Shown here in pieces: positions 27,580 through 37,002 of a DNA stretch of 64,000 bases. The DNA is taken from assembly GCA_046292385.1 (NCBI GenBank), contig JBKBRF010000026.1:33023-97022 (forward strand), read 5' to 3'. The notes below the pieces were generated by a model. That model was not told the origin of the DNA and ran no database searches. It saw only the letters and a program-made list of their open reading frames with translations. Within the stretch, counting starts at the first letter, position 1, and each line of letters starts with the position of its first letter. This DNA comes from Armatimonadota bacterium (GTDB taxonomy: Bacteria > Armatimonadota > SYMT01). A program made the translations under genes and the position numbers.

Positions 27580-29502
27580 ATGGCCCGAAATAACAGACGA
27601 CGCCGCTGGCGCGCATTCCAGCCGATTCAGGGCGAGCTCGGTCGGAAGGAAGCGTTCCGGCACCTCTTCGCCTACATGAAGCCGCTGCGGGGCGTCCTCT
27701 GTCTCGCCCTGCTCGCCACCACGCTCTGGGTGGGGATCAACATCGGCTCCGGCTACCTGCTCAAGGGTCTGTTCGACATCCTTCAGCAGGCCGGTAAGAA
27801 GGGCGTCGCGGCAGACATCAGCCGGATCAACTGGCTGATCGGGATGCTGGTGCTGGTCTACGCCGTGCGGGTGGTGCTCTTCTTCGCGATGCAGTACTCC
27901 TGGGCCTACTCGTCCAACCGGCTTACGCTGCGGATGCGGAACGACATCTTCGCCCACCTGCAGCGGATGTCGTTCTCTTTCTTCGACCGGCGCAAGACCG
28001 GCCAGTTGATGTCGAGCCTGAGCAGCGACGTGCCCCAGGTCTCGGACGTGCTCGACGCGCTGAAGGACGCCATCAACGCCCCGCTCACGCTGGTCGGCGG
28101 CACGCTCCTGCTCTTCTGGCTCAACTGGAAGCTCGCGTTCGTGGCGCTGATCTGCGTCCCCGCCATCGCCTTCCTGATCCGGCAGGCGACCAAGCGCGTG
28201 GAGAAGTACGTCACGTCGCTGCAGGACAGCCGCGCCCGGGTGCTCGACGTGGCGGAAGAGGCGCTCTCCTCCGTGCGGACGGTGCAGTGCTTCGGGAACG
28301 AGGAGCACGAGATCGCCAAGTTCCGGCACCACAGTCACGAGGTGGCGCGCAACGTGCTCCGCAACGTGCGGGTGCGCAGCATCATGAAGCCGACGGTGGA
28401 GTTCACCGGCATGCTGGCGCTGCTGGTGATCGTCTGGATCGGCAGCATCCAGGCGGTCCGCAACCCCGAGCAGCTCACGTTCGGCGACCTCGTCTGGTTC
28501 TTGATGGTGCTGAAGCAAGTCACCGACGGCGCGAAGGACTGCGGCAACATCAGCCTGCACCTCAGCGTGGTTACCGTGGCGGCGGACCGCGTCTTCACGC
28601 TCCTCAACATGAAGAGCGAGATCCAGGACCGCCCGGACGCCCGCGAAATGGTGAACCCCGCGGGCCGGGTGGAGTTCGAGCACGTCGACTTTGCCTACCA
28701 GCCCTCCCGGCCGGTGCTGAAGGACGTCAGCTTCTCCATGGAGCGGGGGCAGGTGGTGGCGGTGGTCGGCCCTACCGGCGCCGGCAAGACGACGATCGCC
28801 GCGCTGATCCCGCGCTTCTACGACGTCACCGGCGGCGCGGTCAGGATCGACGGGCTCGACATCCGGCAGTACCAGCTCGCGTCGCTGCGCAAGCACATCG
28901 GGATCGTGCCGCAGGATACCGTCCTCTTCGCCGGCAGCCTGCGGGACAACATCGCCTACGGCCGGGTCGACGCCACGCTGGAGGAGATCACCGCCGCGGC
29001 GAAGGCGGCGAACGCGTGGGAGTTCATCGAGAAGCTGCCGAGGGGGCTGAATACGATGGTCGGCGAGCGCGGCGTGATGCTCTCCGGCGGACAGCGCCAG
29101 CGGATCGCCATCGCCCGCGCCATCCTGCGCAACCCGACGATCCTGATCCTGGACGAGGCGACCTCCTCCCTCGACAACCGCTCCGAGCGGCTGGTGCAGG
29201 ACGCGCTGCAGCGCTTGATGCAGCACCGCACCACCCTGGTGATCGCTCACCGCCTTTCCACGGTGCGCAACGCCGACCTGATCATCGTGTTGAAGGACGG
29301 CGAGGTGGTGGAGCGCGGGCGCCACGACGAGCTGATCGCGGCGGACGGTCTCTACGCCACGCTCTACCAGTCGCAGTTCCTCTCTCGCGAGGCGGAGGCG
29401 CTGGAAGACGCCGCCGGGGCGCTGGTCGAGGACGCGCTGGCGCCGGAGCGTTCCCGGCCTTCCGGCGGCGAGCCGGAGAAGGCGGTCCAGAGCGTCTTCT
29501 GA
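27580..29502 (+). CDS. ABC exporter, fused TMD-NBD (MsbA-like)
   Basis: Membrane domain plus GPTGAGKT, LSGGQ, ILDEATS, AHRLST. Confidence 0.95.
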   Translation: MARNNRRRRWRAFQPIQGELGRKEAFRHLFAYMKPLRGVLCLALLATTLWVGINIGSGYLLKGLFDILQQAGKKGVAADISRINWLIGMLVLVYAVRVVLFFAMQYSWAYSSNRLTLRMRNDIFAHLQRMSFSFFDRRKTGQLMSSLSSDVPQVSDVLDALKDAINAPLTLVGGTLLLFWLNWKLAFVALICVPAIAFLIRQATKRVEKYVTSLQDSRARVLDVAEEALSSVRTVQCFGNEEHEIAKFRHHSHEVARNVLRNVRVRSIMKPTVEFTGMLALLVIVWIGSIQAVRNPEQLTFGDLVWFLMVLKQVTDGAKDCGNISLHLSVVTVAADRVFTLLNMKSEIQDRPDAREMVNPAGRVEFEHVDFAYQPSRPVLKDVSFSMERGQVVAVVGPTGAGKTTIAALIPRFYDVTGGAVRIDGLDIRQYQLASLRKHIGIVPQDTVLFAGSLRDNIAYGRVDATLEEITAAAKAANAWEFIEKLPRGLNTMVGERGVMLSGGQRQRIAIARAILRNPTILILDEATSSLDNRSERLVQDALQRLMQHRTTLVIAHRLSTVRNADLIIVLKDGEVVERGRHDELIAADGLYATLYQSQFLSREAEALEDAAGALVEDALAPERSRPSGGEPEKAVQSVF

Positions 29503-29651
29503 GGAGAGTCGGTTACTAAAGCCGAGAGCTCTGGGAGGAGGCGGCGAGGCATTGAAATACCTCGCTGGACGGCCTGCGGCCAAGCGTCCTCCGGACGCCC
29601 GAACCAGGCCCTTCACAGTCCCCGCAGGGGGTCCCCCGTCCAGGGGATAAA

Positions 29652-29688
29652 ACTTCGTGCCGTGGTTGCCGCGGTTTCAACCGCCCGG
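29652..29688. repeat. REP-like element
   Basis: ACTTCGTGC..GTTGCCGCGGTTTCAACCGCCCGG; reverse-complement copy at 50657-50710. Confidence 0.75.
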
Positions 29689-29930
29689 CATCGCGTAATC
29701 CCCGGGCGTTTTCCGGGCTTTCGATCAGGGAGCCCAGCGCGCTGAGCGTGTCAACCGGATTCCACGGAATCCTCGTCTAGCCCCGAAAACCGGCTGATTC
29801 CACGAATGAACCACTAAAACTCGCCGTGCAACTGTTCCGAGGCACTCATTGCCACCCCGGGTCGGGTTAGCCGTGCGATAGCGCGGATACGATCAGACTC
29901 GCCGGGCGTGTCCGTCCGGCAGAGGTGGTT

Positions 29931-30194
29931 ATGGTGTATCGAATCTCTCTGGTAACGAGCGATACGACGCTGCTGGAAGTACCGGTAGCGGCGTTTCCGT
30001 CTTCCGCAACGGCACTCAGTATCGCGGCGCGGCAGGCGCGGCGGCACGCCCGCTCCGGCAGCCCCGTGCTGCTGACCGGGCCAGACGTGGAGGTGGTCTA
30101 CTGGCTCGACCCGGCCACGCGCCGGATCCAGCCGTTCGACGGAAACGGCCGCCCCTGGCGCAAGCCCCGCACCCGGGAAGAGCTGCCGCACTAA
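29931..30194 (+). CDS. hypothetical protein
   Basis: GAGGTGG RBS before ATG; first gene of a run of + strand genes. Confidence 0.55.
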   Translation: MVYRISLVTSDTTLLEVPVAAFPSSATALSIAARQARRHARSGSPVLLTGPDVEVVYWLDPATRRIQPFDGNGRPWRKPRTREELPH

Positions 30195-30216
30195 CCCCTG
30201 GCTAGGGCCGGCTGCG

Positions 30217-30753
30217 ATGATCCGGATCAAGCAGAGCGGAACAGACCGCGACCTCCTGCGGGTCAGCGGGCGGACGCTGGTGGAGGCGGACCTGAGCTTT
30301 CGCACGCTGCGTGAGGGCGATCTGGTGGGCCGCACCCTCGACGGAGCGGCGCTCGACGGCGCGGACCTCCACCGGGCGCACCTGCTGCGCGCGTCCCTGC
30401 GCGGCGCTTCCCTCGTTGGCGCCTCGTTGATCTGCGCGGAGTTGGGGGAGGCGGACCTGCGCGGGGCGGACCTGACCTTCGCTGCCCTGGAGGCCGCGGA
30501 CCTGCGCGGCGCCGACCTGCGGGAGAGCTGCCTGGACCGTGCCCGGCTGTACGGCGCCAACCTGCAGCGGGCACGCCTGGAAGGAGCCGACCTGCGTTGG
30601 GCGCGCCTGAACGGGGCGGACTTGTTGGGCGCCCGCGCGGACCAGCACACCCTCTGGCCGGACGGCTTCGAGCCCCACGCCGCGGGGGTGTTGGTGGCCC
30701 CCACGGACGCGGACGCCGGGGGCTCCCCGGGCGGCGAGCCCCCGGCGGGGTAA
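30217..30753 (+). CDS. pentapeptide repeat protein
   Basis: Tandem A(D/N)LxG repeats; C-terminal WPDGF. Confidence 0.92.
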   Translation: MIRIKQSGTDRDLLRVSGRTLVEADLSFRTLREGDLVGRTLDGAALDGADLHRAHLLRASLRGASLVGASLICAELGEADLRGADLTFAALEAADLRGADLRESCLDRARLYGANLQRARLEGADLRWARLNGADLLGARADQHTLWPDGFEPHAAGVLVAPTDADAGGSPGGEPPAG

Positions 30754-30759
30754 CGGTCG

Positions 30760-32301
30760 ATGCCCCTGGAAGAGTACCGCCGCAAGCGGGACTTCACCCG
30801 CTCTCCGGAGCCGGGTCCGGAGCCGGCCGCGGAGCCGCCCGCGCCTCGCTTCGTGGTGCAGGAGCATCACGCGCGGCGGCTGCACTACGACTTCCGCCTG
30901 GAGATGGGCGGGGTCCTGAAGAGCTGGGCCGTCCCGAAAGGCCCCTCGCTCGATCCCCGCGTCCGCCGCCTGGCCGTGGAGGTGGAGGACCACCCCGTCG
31001 ACTACCTCACCTTCGAGGGCCGCATTCCGGAGGGGAGCTACGGCGCGGGGAGCGTCTTCGTCTGGGATCTCGGCGAGTACCGCCTGCGGGAGGCGGATCC
31101 GCTCGCGGCCTGGGAGCGAGGGCGGCTGCACCTGACGCTCTTCGGAGAGCGCCTGCGGGGCGACTGGCGTCTCTTCCGCACCCAGGGGGGCGAAAAGCCG
31201 CAGTGGCTGCTGCAGAAGGTGGACGACGAGCACGCGCAGCCGGGCCACGCCGCGGAGAAGATCGGCTCCCGCGAGCCCGCCGGCGCCGGCAGCGCCGAGC
31301 CGCCGTTCTTGCCGGTGGAGGCGCGGATCACGCGCACCGCCGCCCCCTCCGCGCGCGGAGCTCTCTCGCCGGAGGAGCTTCTTTCCCGGAAAGAGCTGCG
31401 CGGCGACGTGGTTCTGGAGCTGGAGAGCGGCCGGGTCCGCCTCACCAGCCTGGACCGCCCCTACTGGCCGGAGCTCGGCCTCACCAAGGGAGACCTGCTT
31501 CGCTACTACCTCCGCGCGGCGCCGTACCTGGTGCCGCTGCTGCGGGACCGGCCGGCCATCCTCCGCCGCTTTCCAGAGGGGCCGGGCGGCGCGGCGTTCT
31601 ACCAGCACGACCTCACCTCCGCGCCGGAGGGCGTGCGCGTGGTCCAGCTCCCGCGCGAGGGCGGCCGGCCGGCGAGCTACGCCGTCTACGACAGCCCGCT
31701 CGCGCTGCTCTACCTGACGAATATCGGTTGTATCGAGCACCACCCGTGGCACTCCCGCGTGCCGCACCCCGATCGGCCGGACTACTTCGCGCTCGATCTC
31801 GACCCGTTCGAAGCGGGGTGGGAGAGCGTGGTACGGGTCGCCTTCGCCGTCCGGAACGCGCTGCGTATCTTCGGGCTGGAGGCCTACGTTAAGACCTCCG
31901 GATCGCGTGGTCTGCACCTCTACGTCCCCGTGGAGCCGGTCTACACCTACCGGCAGGTGCACGACTTGGCGGAGGCGGTCGGCCGCTTCGTGGCGGAGCA
32001 GCACCCGGAGATCGCCACCGGCGAGCGTCGGATCCAGGCGCGGCGGCCGGGTCAGGTCTACGTGGACTGGGAGCAGAACGCCTACGGCAAGAGCCTGGCG
32101 AGCGCCTACAGCGTGCGCGCGGTCCCCCGCGCCACCGTCTCCTGCCCGCTGGCCTGGGAGGAGCTGGAAGCCGGGGCGCGGCTAGAAGACTTCACCGTTC
32201 CGCGCGTGTTGGAGCGCCTGGAGGCCGGGAACGAGCCCTGGGCTGGGACGCTGGAGCGGCGGCAGCGGCTGCCGTCGTATTCCGTATCGCGCAGCGCGTA
32301 G
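30760..32301 (+). CDS. ligD: LigD-type 3'-phosphoesterase + primase-polymerase (no ligase domain)
   Basis: LEEYRRKRDF, QEHHARRLHYDFRLE, EDHP (PE); TKGDL, DLDP, KTSGSRGLH, YSVR (POL). Confidence 0.9.
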   Translation: MPLEEYRRKRDFTRSPEPGPEPAAEPPAPRFVVQEHHARRLHYDFRLEMGGVLKSWAVPKGPSLDPRVRRLAVEVEDHPVDYLTFEGRIPEGSYGAGSVFVWDLGEYRLREADPLAAWERGRLHLTLFGERLRGDWRLFRTQGGEKPQWLLQKVDDEHAQPGHAAEKIGSREPAGAGSAEPPFLPVEARITRTAAPSARGALSPEELLSRKELRGDVVLELESGRVRLTSLDRPYWPELGLTKGDLLRYYLRAAPYLVPLLRDRPAILRRFPEGPGGAAFYQHDLTSAPEGVRVVQLPREGGRPASYAVYDSPLALLYLTNIGCIEHHPWHSRVPHPDRPDYFALDLDPFEAGWESVVRVAFAVRNALRIFGLEAYVKTSGSRGLHLYVPVEPVYTYRQVHDLAEAVGRFVAEQHPEIATGERRIQARRPGQVYVDWEQNAYGKSLASAYSVRAVPRATVSCPLAWEELEAGARLEDFTVPRVLERLEAGNEPWAGTLERRQRLPSYSVSRSA

Positions 32302-32458
32302 CAGACGTATTCCGTATCGCGTATTGCGTAGCGGAACGCTTTCTCCGCTTTCCCGGACGTCGTGCCGGGCGGGCGGCCTTCGCAGCGCCTCGCCCGGCAG
32401 GATGCTTCGAAATGCGGTGCCGGCACGCCGCTACGCAATACGCAATACGGGATGCGGA

Positions 32459-34105
32459 CTACAGATTCCGTGAGCGGACTCGCTCCCGCAGCGGCCAGTT
32501 GACGTCCGCGGCGGCCCAGGCGGCGATCCGCTCGTCTTCCTCGGGGGAGAAGCCGAAGGCGGCGCTGACTCTCCGCTCGATCTCCGCTTCCCACTCCTCC
32601 GCCTCGCCGGGAAGCTCCGCGCGCTCCCGGCGCCGCACCAGCTCCGCCACCTCGGCCGCCTGCGGCTCCGTCCAGCGGCCGAGCGGCACGTCGTCCAGGA
32701 ACGAGCGCAGGAAGTGAAGGTAGCCGCCGTTGACGTGCCCCCCGAAGAAGAGGTGCGAGTAGCAGAAGTGGACCGCCCGGGAGCAGAGGAGCCCCACGAG
32801 CGCGCGCGGGTGTTCCGCTAGCGGGTGCTCTACGGCCCTCGGGAGCCCGCAGAGGAAGGTGTCTTTCAGGACGTAGCCGTCCTCGTCCAGCGCGGCGCGC
32901 AGCGTGCGGCCGTTCTGGCAGATCGCGATCTTGGGGCCGGAGAACAGCGCCGGGTCCGGCAGCGCGTTGCCGTCTTCTCGCAGGCGCTCGCAGTCGTAGT
33001 CGATCCACCAGCCGTTCCAGCGGAGCTCGTAGCGTCGCACCTCGCCGTTGCCGGAGTAGGCGCCGCCGCCGAGGAATCGCCGGGCGTGGGGCGAGGCGGG
33101 CCGCTCCGGCGTGACGTACCGCTCGCGCAGCCCGCGGCGGTGAAACGAGACGGTCCAGCGGATGTCGAGCAGCTCCCCCAGGCGTCCTTCCGGCAGGCTG
33201 CGGACCATCCGCTGCAGCGCTCCCGTGAGGAGCGGGTCGGCCGGCACCGGAAAGTAGGCGCGGGAAGAGGTAAATCCGAAGAGCTCTCCCTCCACGTCCG
33301 CCAGCGGCGCCGCGCGGAACTCGTCCCCGGACCGGTCCACCTTTCGGAGTACGGCCGCCTTCCCGGCTGCGCCGGAGGCGTAGAGCACCACCGGGTAGAC
33401 CGCCGCCCCCGCGAACGCCCCCGTGTCGGTGGCAAAGTCGATCCCCGCCAGTCGCCGCTCCGCGAGCAGCCGCTCTCGGAGGGCGCGGGCATTCGCGTTG
33501 ACCAGGCACTTGTTCGGCAGCACGAAGGCGAGGAGGTCGCCCGGGCCGAGCCAGGAGAGGCAGGCGTGGAGGAAGTAGAGGTAGAGGTCCGGCGCCCCGG
33601 TGGTCGCCTCCGGGTACCGCTGCTGCAGCCGGCGCCGCTGCTCCGCGGAGAGGCGCTTTGCCTCGACGTACGGCGGGTTGCCGACTACGAGCAGCCGTCC
33701 CTCGCCGGGCGGGACGAGCGCCTGAAGCGAAGTGCGGTCCGGCAGCTCCAGCGCGTCGTAGTGCCGGAGCCCGAGTCGCTCGGGCGACAGATCCACTCCG
33801 AACGCCTCGCGGATCGCCGCCGCTACGCGCTGCCGCGCCGCTGCGACCGCCTGCGGATCGGAGTCGAGGCCGACCAGGCTCTCGGCCAGCCGGCGGGGAT
33901 CGGCGTGGGGATAGCGCGCGGCGAAGCAGCGGACGGCCTGCACCAGGAGCTCGCCGTCCCCGCAAGAGGGGTCGAGCACCGTGTCCCCGGGCCGCGGCGC
34001 GGCGCGCTCCACCACCAGGCGGGCCAGCCCGGGCGGGGTGTAGAAGCTGCCGCGAAGCTTCTCCGCGGAGGTGGCGGCCTGGAAGTGGTTCAGGGGCGCG
34101 GTCAA
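32459..34105 (-). CDS. N6-adenine DNA methyltransferase (gamma class, TaqI/Eco57I-like)
   Basis: GSFYTP, LDPSCGDG, NPPY, DLYLYF motifs; TTG start overlaps the upstream TGA. Confidence 0.85.
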   Translation of the reverse strand: MTAPLNHFQAATSAEKLRGSFYTPPGLARLVVERAAPRPGDTVLDPSCGDGELLVQAVRCFAARYPHADPRRLAESLVGLDSDPQAVAAARQRVAAAIREAFGVDLSPERLGLRHYDALELPDRTSLQALVPPGEGRLLVVGNPPYVEAKRLSAEQRRRLQQRYPEATTGAPDLYLYFLHACLSWLGPGDLLAFVLPNKCLVNANARALRERLLAERRLAGIDFATDTGAFAGAAVYPVVLYASGAAGKAAVLRKVDRSGDEFRAAPLADVEGELFGFTSSRAYFPVPADPLLTGALQRMVRSLPEGRLGELLDIRWTVSFHRRGLRERYVTPERPASPHARRFLGGGAYSGNGEVRRYELRWNGWWIDYDCERLREDGNALPDPALFSGPKIAICQNGRTLRAALDEDGYVLKDTFLCGLPRAVEHPLAEHPRALVGLLCSRAVHFCYSHLFFGGHVNGGYLHFLRSFLDDVPLGRWTEPQAAEVAELVRRRERAELPGEAEEWEAEIERRVSAAFGFSPEEDERIAAWAAADVNWPLRERVRSRNL

Positions 34106-34356
34106 TGGGGGTCTCGGTCTGGGGCGGGAGGGGCAGGGACGAAGCAGTCGGCGTCCCAATGGTAGGCGCCGCCGCTGGGGAACTCGACGGAGAGCTGCGC
34201 GGGCAGGTCGTCCTCCGGCGGGAAGTAGTCGACCACCTCGCCCACCTCCGCGCGGGAGAGCGCGGTGTGGAGCCCCCATGCCTCCGGCATGGAGCGGACC
34301 TTCGCCTCGCCCAGCGGGCTGAAGCAGACCCGGTCGCCCTCGCAGAATGCAGCCAT
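34102..34356 (-). CDS. small hypothetical protein (SH3/Tudor-like pattern)
   Basis: F.EGDRV...VGEVV...LSVEF pattern; coupled to the MTase. Confidence 0.6.
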   Translation of the reverse strand: MAAFCEGDRVCFSPLGEAKVRSMPEAWGLHTALSRAEVGEVVDYFPPEDDLPAQLSVEFPSGGAYHWDADCFVPAPPAPDRDPH

Positions 34357-34695
34357 CTCGTGAGACTGTAACCGGGGAGAGGCCCTGCCGTCCGGCGCTC
34401 CGATTCGATTCGGGTTTGTCGGACGAGATCGCCCGTCTCGGCTCTCGCAATCTCGCCGGAAAATGGTGATTGACACACCCCCAGGTAGTTGTGTGTAAAA
34501 TGACGCGGTTTCGCGCAGTCGGCGCGTATCGCTTGCTTCCCTGGCCTGCCAGGCAGCCGGATTGGCCCGTAAAGACGGGAGGGTCCGGCGCCGCTCCGCA
34601 GGTGGAGAAGGGGAAGGGGGCGGTCGCCCCGCGGACCGGAAGTTTTCTAGCGATGGCAGACGGACGGGGGGCCCTGTGGGGATCAACCGTCGAGT

Positions 34696-34745
34696 AGGTC
34701 ATCCTGAGTCGGGTGCTGTCCCCGGGCTTGGGATGGCCTTTTTTG
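34696..34745 (+). terminator. intrinsic terminator/attenuator in the 5' leader of the APC permease
   Basis: AGGTCATCCTGAG...CTTGGGATGGCCT followed by a T-run, about 40 nt before the ATG. Confidence 0.7.
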
Positions 34746-34786
34746 CGTACGGGACGCCGGAGCAGGCGCCCGGTGGGGTGAACGAA

Positions 34787-36949
34787 ATGGCGAATATGCT
34801 CCGCCGCCTGATCTTCGGCCGGCCGTTCGAGACGGCCAAGGCGCACCACACGCGGCTGCCGAACGCCCTGGCCCTGCCGGTGTTCGCGTCGGACGCGCTG
34901 TCGTCGGTGAGTTATGCCACCGAGGAGATTCTGCTAGTGCTGGTACTCGCTGGGGCCAGCGTCAGCGTACTAAGCAAGTCCTGGCCGGTCGCCCTAGCTA
35001 TTGCTCTGCTGCTCGCGATCGTGGCGACGTCGTACCGGCAGACGATCCACGCCTACCCCCAGGGCGGCGGTGCCTACCGGGTCTCCCGGGAGAACCTCGG
35101 GCCCTTCTGGGGCGTAATGGCCGGCGCCTCGCTGTTGATCGACTACGTACTCACCGTCGCGGTGAGTATCTCGGCTGGGGTGGCGGCCATCACCTCTGCA
35201 TGGCCAACGCTGGCTCCCTACGCGGTCTGGCTGGCGGTGGCGTTTATCGTCTTTGTCGGCCTGGCGAACTTGCGCGGGGCGAAGGAGTCGGGGCTGCTCT
35301 TCGCGGTGCCGACCTACCTCTTCATCGGGTCGATCTTTACGATGCTGGGAGTCGGCTTCTTCAAGCTCCTCACCAACCAGCCGATGACCCCCCCGGTGCC
35401 ACCCACCGATACGTGGGCCAACACGACGGAGAGCCTGACGCTCTTCCTGATCCTGCGCGCCTTCTCCTCCGGCTGCACCGCGCTGACCGGGATCGAGGCG
35501 GTGACCGACGGCGTGCCCGCCTTTCGCCCGCCGGAGGCGAAGAACGCCGCGAAGGTGCTGGCGATCCTCGGCGTCATTCTGATCACCATGTTCGTAGGGA
35601 TCACCTACCTGGCGCACCGGCTGGAGGTAGTGCCGTTCCCTGCGGAGTTCGAGGGGCCGAACCACGAGCACCGGCATACGGTCGTGTCGCAGATCGCCTA
35701 CGCGGTCTTCGGGCAGACCCCCTTCTACTACGTGCTCCAGGCGGCAACCGCGGTGATCCTGATCCTGGCGGCGAACACGGCGTTCGTCGACTTCCCGCGC
35801 CTGAGCATGTTCCTCGCGCAGGATAAACTCCTGCCGCGGCAGCTGGCGAACGTGGGGGATCGGCTGGTCTATTCCAACGGCATCATCGGCCTGTCGGTCC
35901 TTTCCATCCTGACGGTGGTCGCCTTCAACGCCAGCACCCACCACCTGATCCCGCTCTATGCGCTGGGCGTGTTCCTCTCGTTCACCCTCAGCCAGTCCGG
36001 CATGGTGGTGCGCTGGCTGCGGCTGCGACCGCGCGGGTGGCAGATGGGCGCGGCAGTCAGCGGGGTGGGGGCACTCGCCACCTTCGTGGTGCTGATCATC
36101 ATCGGGGTGACCAAGTTCATGGCGGGCGACCCGGTGAGCCTCTGGCCGGTCACCACCCCGCTCGGGCTCTGGCTGGTGCTGACGCTCGGGAGCTTCGTGC
36201 TGATCTCCATGTGGCACCGCTGGATGGGGCGCTGGCTGCTCGCCCTCTCCACGCTCGGCTTCGCCGCCTGGGCGCTCGCCGCGCAGCCTGACCTATTGCG
36301 GTCGTTCGAAGTGCGTCTCGGCGCCTGGCTGGTGATGGTGGCGATTCCCACCGTGATCTGGATGTGCTTCCGGATCAACGCGCACTACGACGATGTTGCC
36401 GGCAAGCTGACGATGGAGCGCTACCAGCCGCCGCGGAAGTTCCGGCATACCGTGCTGGTCTCGGTGCCGGGGGTCCACCGCGGCATCATGCCGGCACTGG
36501 AGTACGCCCGCTCGATCGGGGGCGACGTCCGCGGGGTCTACGTGGAGATCGACCCCGCCAGAACGCCGCAAGCGCTGGAGCGGTGGCGGAAGTGGGTGCC
36601 CGACATCCCGCTGGTGGTGCTCGACTCCCCCTACCGCGCACTGACCACGCCGCTGCTGGAGTACATCGACCAGGTGGAGCGGGAGCGGGATGATGACGTG
36701 GTGACGGTGATCCTGCCGGAGTTCGTGCCGGAGAAGTGGTGGACCGTGCTGCTCCACAATCAGACCGGCTTGATGCTCAAGTGGGCGCTGCTCTTCAAGA
36801 AGGGCGTGGTGCTCACCAACATCCGCTACCACCTGCAGGACTGGGAAGAAGAAGCCCTGGGAGCGCACCCGCTGCTCTGCGACACCAATGATCCGGACTG
36901 CCGTCCGGCTTCGACGTCGGAAGCCGAAGAGCTAGGCACGGGAAGGTAG
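34787..36949 (+). CDS. APC-family permease, KimA/YdaO-like K+ transporter
   Basis: SDALSSVSYATEE, YPQGGGAY, LLIDYVLTVAVS, ALTGIEA; cytoplasmic SPYR, LPEF, LHNQ. Confidence 0.88.
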   Translation: MANMLRRLIFGRPFETAKAHHTRLPNALALPVFASDALSSVSYATEEILLVLVLAGASVSVLSKSWPVALAIALLLAIVATSYRQTIHAYPQGGGAYRVSRENLGPFWGVMAGASLLIDYVLTVAVSISAGVAAITSAWPTLAPYAVWLAVAFIVFVGLANLRGAKESGLLFAVPTYLFIGSIFTMLGVGFFKLLTNQPMTPPVPPTDTWANTTESLTLFLILRAFSSGCTALTGIEAVTDGVPAFRPPEAKNAAKVLAILGVILITMFVGITYLAHRLEVVPFPAEFEGPNHEHRHTVVSQIAYAVFGQTPFYYVLQAATAVILILAANTAFVDFPRLSMFLAQDKLLPRQLANVGDRLVYSNGIIGLSVLSILTVVAFNASTHHLIPLYALGVFLSFTLSQSGMVVRWLRLRPRGWQMGAAVSGVGALATFVVLIIIGVTKFMAGDPVSLWPVTTPLGLWLVLTLGSFVLISMWHRWMGRWLLALSTLGFAAWALAAQPDLLRSFEVRLGAWLVMVAIPTVIWMCFRINAHYDDVAGKLTMERYQPPRKFRHTVLVSVPGVHRGIMPALEYARSIGGDVRGVYVEIDPARTPQALERWRKWVPDIPLVVLDSPYRALTTPLLEYIDQVERERDDDVVTVILPEFVPEKWWTVLLHNQTGLMLKWALLFKKGVVLTNIRYHLQDWEEEALGAHPLLCDTNDPDCRPASTSEAEELGTGR

Positions 36950-36961
36950 TCAAACGCGCGA

Positions 36962-36988
36962 AGGGGACCCTCGCCGCAGGGTCCCCTC
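36962..36988. terminator. hairpin between convergent genes
   Basis: AGGGGACCCT-cgccgc-AGGGTCCCCT. Confidence 0.65.
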
Positions 36989-37002
36989 TCAACATCTACG
37001 GT

